A stretch of DNA of 64,000 nt from an uncultured Planctomycetaceae bacterium (GTDB lineage: Bacteria; Planctomycetota; Phycisphaerae; SM23-33). Of the stretch, positions 19,601 through 28,167 are shown piece after piece (position 1 is the first letter of the stretch; the number at the start of each line of letters is the position of its first letter). The DNA is taken from assembly GCA_964557575.1 (NCBI GenBank), contig CAZLBC010000012.1, positions 17,400 to 81,399 on the forward strand, written 5' to 3'. Made by a program: the position numbers and the translations under genes. The notes below the pieces were generated by a model, which was given only the letters and a program-made list of their open reading frames with translations, did no database searches and was not told the origin of the DNA.

Positions 19601-20774
19601 CCAGGCCGCCGCCGAAGCCGCCGTCGTCCGCCTGTTGAGACAGAAGCCACCTGAGCCCCCGTTTCGCCGCCCGCATGACAATACCCGGCTCGTCCCGGAC
19701 AACCGTACCCCAGGGCGATAACGTCCGGCCGCTTTTCGCCGGCAACAAACCGCCGGCGGCGGTGCCGCCGCCCCCCGCGGCACCCGCGGTGATCTTCGCG
19801 TATCGCTTCCGTTCGAAACCACCTTCTTCCAGGAGCTTCAGCACCTCCCGCCGGGACAGAACCGCATCCTTTCTGCGCACGTCATCCGGACCGGTTTCCC
19901 GCAGGTACCGCTCGTAGTATGAGGCCGCACGGCTGAGCGCCGTCCGTTTCGATATTCCCGAAGCATCGGCGCCGAGCTGCCGGTACCACCGGGCAAGCGC
20001 AAGGGCCTTGCCGGGGACGAGTTCGTCCACGTTGCGCGCGGCGAGCGGCACGTGCGTACGGATGGGTGCCGCGACATCGTCGTTCAGCAGGACCTCGGCA
20101 AGAGAGGGATCGTCCTTCAACAGGACGTACAGCAGGATGAGTTCCTCCCTGGCGGTTGTGTCTGCCGGATTCTTTTCGACCGCCGTCAGCAGTTGTCGGA
20201 ATTTTTTATCGAGCTTCAAATCACGACGCGTCGCGAATAACCGTTTTCTCAACGCGGCGGACCGCTTGCTCTGGACGCTCATCGAAAATCGCAGCGCCTC
20301 TTCGTAGGCGTCCACGGCTTCTTCAATATCACCGCCGGAAACCAGCATACGGCCCCGGGCAACCATGGCATCCAGTATCCGATTCGCGAGTGCCGACCGC
20401 TCGTCGGCGTCCCCCGAGGCTGAATACTTCAGACGCAGGAGGGAGATCCGCATCGTATCCCACGTGTTCGACCGCTCCGGGGCCAGTTTCTCCAGTTGGT
20501 CGAGGGCCCGCGACGCGAAGGGGTGCCCCGCGGGAGACTTCCTGCCGAAGGCGAATGCCTTTTCGAAAAAGAACACCCGGGCATCCCGATCATCCTCTAT
20601 GCTTTCGGCCGCCTCGATGAGCTTTTCCGCTTTTTCAGGATCGGTTTGTGCCCCTGCGACAAGACCGTCGGCGAGTTCGTCGAGTTCTTCCCGCCCGGTT
20701 GCCGCAAACACCGGGACGGAGACGCCCGGCAGCAGCAGGAGCACCAGGAGTTTAATCCGCGTATCTGGAAGCAT
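16692..20774 (-). CDS. Large secreted protein: helical N-terminus, prenyltransferase/squalene-cyclase-like repeats, two DUF4159-like domains, NPCBM/NEW2 domain
   Basis: Signal peptide at 20774; WLLSQQADDGGF, STSQYGVLG, AQLKDGGWSY, DWYRAGA..L...Q..SGSW; GDWNNRPRAL; GIGVHA, ATVGLDD, DRANW. Confidence 0.75.
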   Translation of the reverse strand: MLPDTRIKLLVLLLLPGVSVPVFAATGREELDELADGLVAGAQTDPEKAEKLIEAAESIEDDRDARVFFFEKAFAFGRKSPAGHPFASRALDQLEKLAPERSNTWDTMRISLLRLKYSASGDADERSALANRILDAMVARGRMLVSGGDIEEAVDAYEEALRFSMSVQSKRSAALRKRLFATRRDLKLDKKFRQLLTAVEKNPADTTAREELILLYVLLKDDPSLAEVLLNDDVAAPIRTHVPLAARNVDELVPGKALALARWYRQLGADASGISKRTALSRAASYYERYLRETGPDDVRRKDAVLSRREVLKLLEEGGFERKRYAKITAGAAGGGGTAAGGLLPAKSGRTLSPWGTVVRDEPGIVMRAAKRGLRWLLSQQADDGGFGGGLGSSYEEYSLKIDKSGYKWKGRAVRRNLAGILKLKPEPRPGSVGMTSLAVLALFAGGMDLDDECVAKALEFLKTYDTYLVYSLGLRCKVWFVAESRAPGEYMKYFKHDARRLIYSIHRVKGGWDYSIWNDTCHNSTSQYGVLGVAAFGKGGGAVPKSFWSLVSRYWLKAQLKDGGWSYWPPFRKSEEEGKESYHAPRGSMSAAGLTSVLECLGFEDRQRYLACGVYEPPPVLAKGLQWFDDNFAGTLSGTVQAGPQRRLCYYLYGVQRAGLAAGRRYFGERDWYRAGAEVLFRKQAGSGSWQEGSLSETAFALLFLLDGGSPLVFNHLKRLGDWNNRPRALSNLLRWAGSRAKRRFARRIAEINTNDRWHDAPVLVITGARKPIILGKQIARLRNFAMEGGIIFSVAEGKNDGFEEGMRKIYAEAFPGCELKKVPPSHRVYLKPLAVDEKPALHMIHTGPRPLVIHCSTDLTKVWEQGFSRSNDSAFNVGFNLIDYISAGFEQLRPRFDSYWPRPAAREPRLTREVVVVEYGDEDTVARAVEALGRRLTVDEGVELAVKKVSLEKLRDCRTGPAIMAGTGAVLLSPSRSESLKEYIESGGTLVVNGAGGDRDFYLTMRKHLARMFGADASGTLTADAPIYTRAAAPLSAVGLRATAVERLGSLVPRPDVYEVAGRPAVLLSREDMTTGLLGCECRSVDGYTPETAYALMRNIVMVTSGADEKIAALDRAAREQYPPPDVHLSALSPLSAVSGRGTEPQADASVTGGPLRLAGRTYTEGIGVHAVSTLDYPLDPRYERFVATVGLDDGIRNAHLSENYIRGSVVFKVYIDSILLAESPVMKYSMVHHFNVAIPPESERIVLTVSNAGDTVIDDRANWVNAGFMVSKTRPPAAETAPGAHRPETVPAVQAKDGSENNTLEKKPATEKRLTPADSGAEKGASGGGTVKETPGAGKKETGEKKDDSGLPAWLTE

Positions 20775-20842
20775 GGCATATCCCCGATTGAAGCGTGGCC
20801 GGGTTCGCCGCGGGCATCGGGTTGCGCGACCGGACAACAGGT

Positions 20843-22198
20843 TCACTTGGACGGAAGCGGCCTTTTCGCCGTCTTTCCATTCTTCCGATCCCACGGCGAC
20901 GTCTTGACCGCCGGCTTCGTGGTGTCAACCGCCGGCAGCGGCGTATGGTTGTAAATATCCTTCAGTGACTTCGCGGTGCTCACGCTGCCGAAATCGGGAA
21001 CCACCGCCGTGACGACAACCCCCAGCGTTGCCGGATTTACCTGCGGGGGCAGTTGGCACCAGAAATCATGGACCTTGTTTCCCTTCACCGACATGCGCTT
21101 CTTGAGAATGGGCCGTCCGCCGGCGGTTATCGCAACGACCGGAACAAACTGCGGGTTCGCCGGGTTCCCGACGTGCGCGGCGGTATACATGCCGCCGCCG
21201 GCACCGCGCGCGTACATTGCGGACTTCACCTGTATCTTGCGCTTGTCCTGGTGAAAGCTTGCCTCAAAATCCAGAATAAACGGCGGTCCCATCCGCAATA
21301 GATTCTTCATGCCCGCCTGTATCGCGTACTGCACGGTCCCGCCCTCCGACGGCTGGATGACGGAACCGCCCCCGAGCAAACCGTAGGACAGCTTGTAGGT
21401 GCCCTCGGGGATACCGGTTTTCGCGCACCCCACGAGATCGAAAGCACCCTCCTTGCTCGCCAGGACCAGGCCCGTGAGCTGTGCGGCGGGTATCGGCGTT
21501 CCCACCAGGCCCACTTTTACATCGTCCAGCCGTTGGAACGCTATGGTCGAACCGTCCCCGGCGACGGTCAGCCGGTAAAAACGCTCCCCGATCCGGTGCA
21601 CCGAACGCAGGGGCAGCGTCAGCTTCGCATCGCCGATAATAATCCCGTCACCGCCCTTTTTCTGATTGTAGGTGCCGTTGAAATTCTCGTCGATCAGGTG
21701 AACCGGCACGCCGTTGATCGTGGCAGCCATGCTGCTCCAGGCCAGCACCTTTCCGTTGAACCGGTCCACGCCCTTCCCCGGTCCCCCGTAATGCATGCTT
21801 ATATTGAACAGCAACAGCGCGAAATCCCGCCCCCCCAGCTTCGTGGAAAACACCAGCCGACGGGTCGGGGGCACGCGCTGAAGCTCGTTGCGCTCGACCG
21901 TCCCGTTTTGATCGGCGTCGAGACCGACGAGGTAGACCCTCCCGTTGGTCCTGCCCTCAACGGTAACGAAATTCTCGCCGATCTTCACCGACGCCTTATT
22001 TCCGCTGGCCTTGAACTCGTCGGGCTCGATCGCCCACGACCGCATGATCACCTGTTGCTTGGGATCGAATGCATGGAAGGTGGTTTTGACGGTACCCCGC
22101 GCGCGATCCGGGGGGGCAGCGGCCTTTCCGCCCGCCGCGGCACACGCTTCCCCGCATACGATCACCGCGCACATCGAGCATATTATTGTGCGTCCCAT
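20843..22198 (-). CDS. Secreted beta-rich hypothetical protein
   Basis: Signal peptide; Ca-loop-like DADQNGTV and DENFNGTY; GC-rich third positions. Confidence 0.65.
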   Translation of the reverse strand: MGRTIICSMCAVIVCGEACAAAGGKAAAPPDRARGTVKTTFHAFDPKQQVIMRSWAIEPDEFKASGNKASVKIGENFVTVEGRTNGRVYLVGLDADQNGTVERNELQRVPPTRRLVFSTKLGGRDFALLLFNISMHYGGPGKGVDRFNGKVLAWSSMAATINGVPVHLIDENFNGTYNQKKGGDGIIIGDAKLTLPLRSVHRIGERFYRLTVAGDGSTIAFQRLDDVKVGLVGTPIPAAQLTGLVLASKEGAFDLVGCAKTGIPEGTYKLSYGLLGGGSVIQPSEGGTVQYAIQAGMKNLLRMGPPFILDFEASFHQDKRKIQVKSAMYARGAGGGMYTAAHVGNPANPQFVPVVAITAGGRPILKKRMSVKGNKVHDFWCQLPPQVNPATLGVVVTAVVPDFGSVSTAKSLKDIYNHTPLPAVDTTKPAVKTSPWDRKNGKTAKRPLPSK

Positions 22199-22273
22199 AG
22201 TATTCTAAGTATATGCACTGGAGCGGCATATCGCCAGTGTTTTTTCAGCCGACGACACCCGCAGCACAACATC

Positions 22274-23302
22274 TCATACGCCCGCGGCGGACAGGGCAAC
22301 GAGCTTTCGGAGGACGGCCCCCGCAGCCCCGGAATCGATCGATTCGGCGGCCGCAGCCAGCCCGGCCTCCATTCCCGGTGCGTGACCCGCGACTACCAGC
22401 GCGGCGGCCGCATTCAGGAGGACGATATTCCTGCAGACCCCCCGTTCCCCGGCCATAACGCCACGGATGCGCGCCGCCGACTCCTCGGGGGAACGCACCG
22501 CGAGATCCGCCAGGGTCCCTTCCGCTATCCCGTAATCCGCGGGATTCAACGTCCACGTATCCACGGTACCGTCTTCGAGCCGGGCAATCGTCGTCGGCCC
22601 GGTCACCGATATCTCGTCCATGCCGTCGGCGCCGCACACCACCCACGCCCGCTCGGCACCGAGCCGGCACAGCACCTGCGCGAGTATCCCGGTCCACGCG
22701 GGGGAAAAAACCCCCATCAGAAAGTGCTTCGCCCCGGCCGGATTGGTCAGGGGCCCGAGGATGTTGAAAATAGTCCTGACCGGCAGCGCCTTCCGCACCC
22801 CCGCGACGTTTTTCATCGCCGGGTGGCACTGCCGCGCAAAGCAAAATCCCATGCCGGATTCCTCGATGCAGAGGGTGACCGTGGCGGCGGGTATCTCTAT
22901 GTTGACCCCGAGGGCCCGCAACACGTCGGCCGCCCCGCTCGACCGGGTATTCGTCACGTTGCCGTGCTTGGCAACTGTCGCGCCGGCGCCCGCGGCGACA
23001 AAACACGACGCGGTCGATACGTTGAACGTGCTGATGCCCGTCCCCCCCGTTCCCACGATATCGACAATCGGGCCCTCCCCGTCGAACACGATCCTCACGG
23101 CCGCGTCGCGCATGGCCCGCGCCGCGCCGGCTATCTCCGTGACCGCGTGTCCCTTTGCGGCAAGGGCCGCCAGCAGGGCGGCCATCCTGACCTCGCTCAG
23201 TTCGCCGCGCATCAGGCTGCCGAACGTCTCGAATGCCTCGTCTTCGGCAAGATCTTCTCCCGCAATAATCCTCTGAAGCAGTGTCCCATATTCAATGGCC
23301 AT
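22274..23302 (-). CDS. trpD: Anthranilate phosphoribosyltransferase
   Basis: DIVGTGG, TFNVST, KHGN, SGAADVL, RTIFNILGPLTNP, GMDEIS. Confidence 0.97.
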   Translation of the reverse strand: MAIEYGTLLQRIIAGEDLAEDEAFETFGSLMRGELSEVRMAALLAALAAKGHAVTEIAGAARAMRDAAVRIVFDGEGPIVDIVGTGGTGISTFNVSTASCFVAAGAGATVAKHGNVTNTRSSGAADVLRALGVNIEIPAATVTLCIEESGMGFCFARQCHPAMKNVAGVRKALPVRTIFNILGPLTNPAGAKHFLMGVFSPAWTGILAQVLCRLGAERAWVVCGADGMDEISVTGPTTIARLEDGTVDTWTLNPADYGIAEGTLADLAVRSPEESAARIRGVMAGERGVCRNIVLLNAAAALVVAGHAPGMEAGLAAAAESIDSGAAGAVLRKLVALSAAGV

Positions 23303-23598
23303 GTACCACGCACTCCCTGTAAGCCGTTATGTCGGTCGGTAACGAACACGGGAAGCCGCTCCACCCGCATATCGGGCGTATTGTAAACAGCCCCTGATCG
23401 GCGGAAAAGGACAAATACGATTTTGTCGCAATATCACCCGTGACCGGTCGTTTTACCCTATCGAAAAGGATTGTAGGGCAATTCCCCTAATACTTGCGGT
23501 AAAATGGAAAAGCATTTGAGAAAAACGAAAAATTTTACTATTTCAGATGTCTTCGGACAGGACATGGGTATATAAATAAACAAGGAAGGAGATGTAAT

Positions 23599-23730
23599 AT
23601 GTATACAGTAAAGAAAAATCCTTCGCGTGTACCGAGTAGAGCAAAAGGCATGTCGGTGTTTGAGTTTATCTTGTCGATCCTGGTTATAGCAGTCGGGATC
23701 ACAACGGCAATCCGCTACGCCAGCATGTAA
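23599..23730 (+). CDS. 43-aa micro-prepilin-like membrane peptide (class III signal)
   Basis: SD AAGGAG; MYTVKKNPSRVPSRAKG|MSVFEFILSILVIAVGITTAIRYASM*: basic leader, Gly at -1, Glu at +5, hydrophobic helix; below the ORF-track cutoff. Confidence 0.65.
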   Translation: MYTVKKNPSRVPSRAKGMSVFEFILSILVIAVGITTAIRYASM

Positions 23731-23874
23731 GGCAGCACTTGCGACAGCAAGAGCTTATATTTACTCGGTAATGTGTGGACGACACTAACAGCGCCTTTGT
23801 TTCAGAGGTTGTTTTCGTCTGTGTCATTCGTACAAACGCTCCCCGGCAACCTCTGATCAACGGCATACAGCAAT

Positions 23875-23907
23875 CCCCGGCCTTCCTGCGGGCCGGGGTA
23901 TTTTTTT
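23875..23907 (+). terminator. Rho-independent terminator
   Basis: CCCCGGCC-8 nt-GGCCGGGG followed by TATTTTTTT. Confidence 0.85.
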
Positions 23908-24099
23908 GGAAGCGGAAAACCGGCGGGTCGCAGCGAGGCCGGGCAAAACATGTTGTGCGGGATCGAAAAAAACGCTTCAAATAAGGCGCTTAAAAACCTA
24001 TAATAAAAAAGGTTGGGAAACGTGAAAAAAATGCCCATTTCCCGCGGGAGAAAACCGCTGTACGCGGTCGCGCGAGAAGTCGTGAAAAGGAGTGCCGTC

Positions 24100-24924
24100 A
24101 TGAAAAAACGCGGGTTCACACTGGTCGAACTCATGGTCGTCATCGCGATCATCGCCCTGCTGCTGACGATGCTCATGCCCTCCCTTCACGACGCCATGAG
24201 CGGCGCACGGGACGCAATCTGCAAGTCGCAGCTCGGCGACTGGGGCAAGATCTGGTCGATGTACATTTCGGACAACGACGGGGATTTCAACCGGGGATGG
24301 GACGGACGATTCGGCGGCGAGGGTCAGCTCTGGATGACGCAGTTGCGGACATACTACCAGGACAACAAGGATCTGCTCTTGTGCCCGGAGGGTCAGGTTT
24401 CCATATTCGAAGCGGGCTTCACGCCCTTTTCGATGTGGGAACGAGCGGTGCCCTCCGGGGAGGGCGGACCGAAAATACCGGTCAAGAGCAGCTACACGAT
24501 CAACAATTGGACGAACGATATGACCGGCGACCGGGGGCATCGAAAGGAAGAGTGGTTCTGGAAGAGCCCGAAGGACACGCCCAAGCCCCACACCGTTCCC
24601 GTGTTCGCCGACGGCACCTGGAACGATGCCTGGCCGCTGCACAAAGACGTAGCACCGGAATACATCGACGGAGTCCCGCTGAATAATTTCGGCACACAAA
24701 ACGAAATGGGGCACTTCTGCATACCCCGCCACGGCGATTTCGAGGACGCGTGGGTCAACTGCCTCTTCATGAACTGGGGCGTCCGGCAGGTGCCCCTCAA
24801 GCAACTCTGGCAACTGAAGTGGCACCGCGATTTCAGTTTCGACCCCAGCGAAAACTACGGTATTGGCCGCCCAAACAGCGACTGGCCGAAGTGGATGCAG
24901 GAGCGGGAATGGGACCAGAAATAA
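24100..24924 (+). CDS. Prepilin-type N-terminal cleavage/methylation protein (DUF1559-like, PVC type)
   Basis: SD AAGGAG; MKKRG|FTLVELMVVIAIIALL; C.SQL, LLCP, SY..N; C-terminal RHG...VNCLFMNWGV (variant of H-X9-DG). Confidence 0.9.
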   Translation: MKKRGFTLVELMVVIAIIALLLTMLMPSLHDAMSGARDAICKSQLGDWGKIWSMYISDNDGDFNRGWDGRFGGEGQLWMTQLRTYYQDNKDLLLCPEGQVSIFEAGFTPFSMWERAVPSGEGGPKIPVKSSYTINNWTNDMTGDRGHRKEEWFWKSPKDTPKPHTVPVFADGTWNDAWPLHKDVAPEYIDGVPLNNFGTQNEMGHFCIPRHGDFEDAWVNCLFMNWGVRQVPLKQLWQLKWHRDFSFDPSENYGIGRPNSDWPKWMQEREWDQK

Positions 24925-25009
24925 CCACGAGGCCATTGCCCGTGCCGACCACTTGTATCTCCACCTTCTCACCGGTATTATCCCCCCGTGCGCACGAAAG
25001 ACAATCGCC

Positions 25010-25432
25010 ATGACTGACAAGATGAAACTGCTGCTCCTCGCCGGGGGCGGCATCGCCGCCGCCGCCCTGCTGCTGATCACCGCGATCTTCTCCGGCGGGG
25101 ACGCCTCAACCGGCACTATCGACGACATCCCCGACGACGAACAGGTGTGGGTCAAGTGCACGAACCCGGACTGCGGCGCGGCCTACCGGACCGGCAAAAA
25201 GGCATTCTACCGGAAGGTCGCCGAAACGGTCCGGTCGAATCCCCGCGAGATTACCGGCCTGACGTGCGAGAAATGCGGGAGAGAAACACTGCAAGAGGCG
25301 ATCGAGTGCGCAAAGTGCGGCACCGTGTTCGCCAAGGGTGCGGTGCCCGGCGATTACGCCGATCGCTGCCCGAAGTGCGGCTTCAGCAGTATCGAGCAGG
25401 AGATGAAAGAACGCAAAAACAGAACGGAATAA
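25010..25432 (+). CDS. Membrane-anchored zinc-ribbon protein
   Basis: N-terminal hydrophobic helix, then CTNPDC, CEKC, CAKC, CPKC. Confidence 0.8.
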   Translation: MTDKMKLLLLAGGGIAAAALLLITAIFSGGDASTGTIDDIPDDEQVWVKCTNPDCGAAYRTGKKAFYRKVAETVRSNPREITGLTCEKCGRETLQEAIECAKCGTVFAKGAVPGDYADRCPKCGFSSIEQEMKERKNRTE

Positions 25433-25436
25433 GCCC

Positions 25437-25464
25437 TTGAGCGAACCGGCTTCGCCGGTATAAT
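25437..25464 (+). promoter_or_regulatory. Sigma70-type promoter for the small basic ORF / kinase
   Basis: TTGAGC-16 nt-TATAAT; spacer contains the inverted repeat ACCGGC-TTC-GCCGGT. Confidence 0.5.
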
Positions 25465-25520
25465 TCCCCTTCCGCCTGCACGGCATATCCCCGCAGACCG
25501 CACGAACCGAAAGGAACACG

Positions 25521-25661
25521 ATGGGCCAGAGAAGAGAACGGCTTGACCGCCGAAAGAAAAACCAGAAGAAAACACGCCTGAAAAACAGCGACCGGAAAAC
25601 GAAGGAACGCCGGCGGAAGGCGACCCGCGCCGCTGCCCGCGAACAGCGCATGTCGCAATAA
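25521..25661 (+). CDS. 46-aa highly basic small protein
   Basis: SD AAAGGA; MGQRRERLDRRKKNQKKTRLKNSDRKTKERRRKATRAAAREQRMSQ*; below the ORF-track cutoff. Confidence 0.65.
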   Translation: MGQRRERLDRRKKNQKKTRLKNSDRKTKERRRKATRAAAREQRMSQ

Positions 25662-25722
25662 ACGACTGCATCCAGTACCGCGCGGTTCAGGCAGACCGCA
25701 CTCGGCGTGACAGTGAGCAGAA

Positions 25723-26907
25723 ATGGCCGAAGAATCAAAACAGAACGATTCCCCCGCGGCCGGCAGGTCCGAAAAAGACAGCGACACTGAAGCATCCCGG
25801 TCTCCCGAGCCGATCCCGGTAGACCCCGGCGACATTCCCGGCAACGACCCGGGAGCCGCCCCGCCCGTCGCCCGCCAGATTCCCGGCTACCAGATCCTCG
25901 CCAAGCTCGGCGCCGGCTCCATGGCCGCCGTGTTCAAGGCCCGGCAGTTGAGCCTCAACCGGATCGTCGCCATCAAGGTGCTGCCCCGGCAGCTCTCGGA
26001 AGACGAGGAATACGTCCAGCGGTTCTACAGCGAGGGTCGCGCGGCGGCGAAACTCAACCACCCCAATATCGTCGGGGCCTACGACGTGGGTGAACACGGG
26101 GGGTACCACTACTTCGTCATGGAGTATGTCGAGGGGAAAACGGTCGACGAAGAACTCAAGGCGGGCAAGGTGTATACCGACGGCGAGGCGCTCAGCATCA
26201 TACTCCAGGTCGCGCGGGCGCTGGATCACGCCCATCGGCAGGGCCTGATTCATCGCGACGTCAAGCCGAAGAACATCATGATCACGGAAGACGGCACGGC
26301 CAAGCTGATGGATATGGGGCTCGCGCGGGTCGCGGACGACGCCGACGCCATCAAGGCCGAATCCGGCCGCCTGTTCGGCACCCCCTACTACATCAGCCCC
26401 GAGCAGATACTGGGCTCGCAGGACGTCGATTTCAGGTGCGATATCTACTCGCTCGGGGCCACGCTGTATCACATGGTGACCGGCCAGGTTCCCTTCGAGG
26501 CCGAAGACGCCAAGCACGTGATGATCAAGCACGTGAAGGAAAAACCGGTGTCTCCCGACCGGCACAATATCGATATTTCCTTCGGCCTGTGCAAGACGAT
26601 CCTCCAGATGATGGCCAAGCACAAGGAACACCGCTACGACGCGACCGCCGACCTGATCGAAGACCTGCAGTCGATCGATTTCATGCTCGAGGTCGAGGAA
26701 GACAGGCCCGGGCCGATACCGACCGTGGAAACGAAAACATCATCGGGCGGCGTTTCAGGCGGCGCGGCAACTCCCGCCGCTCATCCCCTTCAAAGCCAGT
26801 CACAGATCGTATACCGGCCCAATCCCCTCAATACATACCTTATCCTGGGTTTGGTGCTGAGCGTCCTGGTGAACCTGGTGCTGATCCTCCTGTTGATGGC
26901 ACAATAG
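25723..26907 (+). CDS. Hanks-type Ser/Thr protein kinase with C-terminal membrane anchor
   Basis: LGAGSMAAV, VAIK, HRDVKPKN, DMGLAR, GTPYYISPEQ, DIYSLG; C-terminal TM helix. Confidence 0.95.
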   Translation: MAEESKQNDSPAAGRSEKDSDTEASRSPEPIPVDPGDIPGNDPGAAPPVARQIPGYQILAKLGAGSMAAVFKARQLSLNRIVAIKVLPRQLSEDEEYVQRFYSEGRAAAKLNHPNIVGAYDVGEHGGYHYFVMEYVEGKTVDEELKAGKVYTDGEALSIILQVARALDHAHRQGLIHRDVKPKNIMITEDGTAKLMDMGLARVADDADAIKAESGRLFGTPYYISPEQILGSQDVDFRCDIYSLGATLYHMVTGQVPFEAEDAKHVMIKHVKEKPVSPDRHNIDISFGLCKTILQMMAKHKEHRYDATADLIEDLQSIDFMLEVEEDRPGPIPTVETKTSSGGVSGGAATPAAHPLQSQSQIVYRPNPLNTYLILGLVLSVLVNLVLILLLMAQ

Positions 26908-26952
26908 CTCGCAGCGCGGGGCGTTAGGGCATATCAGGGACGGCACATCGGA

Positions 26953-27051
26953 TCAGTGCGCCATCACGGTGAGAATTGCCATAACCACCCACACGGCCAC
27001 CAGCGTAATTTCCCAAACAACCAGGCCGGCTTTTGAACTCGATATCTTCAT
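26953..27051 (-). CDS. 32-aa micro-prepilin-like membrane peptide (class III signal)
   Basis: SD AAAGGA; MKISSSKAG|LVVWEITLVAVWVVMAILTVMAH*: Lys-Ala-Gly at -3..-1, Glu at +5, hydrophobic helix; below the ORF-track cutoff. Confidence 0.6.
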   Translation of the reverse strand: MKISSSKAGLVVWEITLVAVWVVMAILTVMAH

Positions 27052-27255
27052 GCCGAATCCTTTCAGCTCCTCAGTCGCATTCCATCAACCCAGAAAGATA
27101 TACAATTGTCCTTTTCGACGCACGACAAGAACGATGCCGCACTATATACTATCGGACAGTTACAGCCGCCCGGATTAACACGATATACGGGGAAAAACAG
27201 CAGAACCGCTTCTGTGTTCTGGATCGCTGTTACTGTATAATAACATGAAGTTTTC

Positions 27256-27996
27256 ATGCAAGAAAAAAAAACTCAAAAACAGCCGTATTATCCGTCAATC
27301 GCAATCGCGCTGTTCCTGCTGTCCATTCAGGCGTGTCCTGCCGGAACCGAAACCGGCACGAAGAAAGATGACGGCGCAGCCGAGAGCAATCTCGACTACT
27401 GGCTGAAGCGGGCTGACGAAAAAAACTCGGGAGGCGACACGCCCGCACCGGCCGCGACTCCCTTCGGGAAAAAAAGGGAATTTTCACGGAAAGACGCCCT
27501 GCCGGGGGTTATTGCGTTCTCCGACGGCGCGGTGATCCCGGGCGGTATTTACACCACTGCCGATAAGGACTGGGAATTGTGGGTGGAAAAGTACAAGCGC
27601 TGGATTCGCATACCCCCCGCGGCGGTCCTGAGTATCACGGCAAAGATCGTGAAGGAATCAATGGAACTCCGCTGGAGATGGAAGGCGATGGGGGAACCCG
27701 AAAAGGTATACACCGGGGAAACATACCCCGTGAAAAGATTCCTGTGGGTATTTCACCTGGCCGACGGCACGTCCCTGACCGGCGCCATCAAGGGGCAGCC
27801 GGTGTGGGTTGAACCGGCGGGAGACGGCCCCACGAGACAGTCCGTTCTGCGGGAGCGCATGAAGGGTGACATCGGTGGTAAACTGACCGACCTTGTGTAT
27901 CCCGATACAATCGTCATCTCACGGAACACGATGGAAAAGTTGCTCTCCGAAGAGAACGCGGGCGAGAAAAAAGGCAGCGGTACGGCAGACCGCTGA
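27256..27996 (+). CDS. Hypothetical protein, possible lipoprotein
   Basis: Basic N-terminus, hydrophobic stretch, IQAC lipobox-like; TATAAT at 27236-27241 upstream. Confidence 0.65.
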   Translation: MQEKKTQKQPYYPSIAIALFLLSIQACPAGTETGTKKDDGAAESNLDYWLKRADEKNSGGDTPAPAATPFGKKREFSRKDALPGVIAFSDGAVIPGGIYTTADKDWELWVEKYKRWIRIPPAAVLSITAKIVKESMELRWRWKAMGEPEKVYTGETYPVKRFLWVFHLADGTSLTGAIKGQPVWVEPAGDGPTRQSVLRERMKGDIGGKLTDLVYPDTIVISRNTMEKLLSEENAGEKKGSGTADR

Positions 27997-28167
27997 CGCT
28001 GTTTCCACGGTGGCCGGACACTTCCGGCGGCCGAAAAAACAAGGGTGTTCATTTTTTTATAAACCCCACGCAGGCATTATCTTATATCTCTTTATCGGAA
28101 AACCGGCACATCTTTGCGCTTGACAACTCCGAAATAAAACGAAAATGTGCCCCGCGAAGGGCGAATG

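Noticed and set aside
21533-23386. 617-aa plus-strand ORF
   Set aside because: Shadow of trpD and the neighbouring gene; no protein-like motifs.
23731-23907. Structured region as 6S RNA, SRP RNA, tmRNA or integron attC
   Set aside because: No closing stem/central bubble for 6S, no SRP helix-8 motif, no tRNA-like ends, and no RYYYAAC/GTTRRRY boxes.
27149-27178. Sigma28-like motif (TTAA...TCCGATAG, minus strand) upstream of the 32-aa peptide
   Set aside because: Spacing is 17-18 nt rather than the canonical 15 and the -10 is imperfect; too weak to list as a feature.
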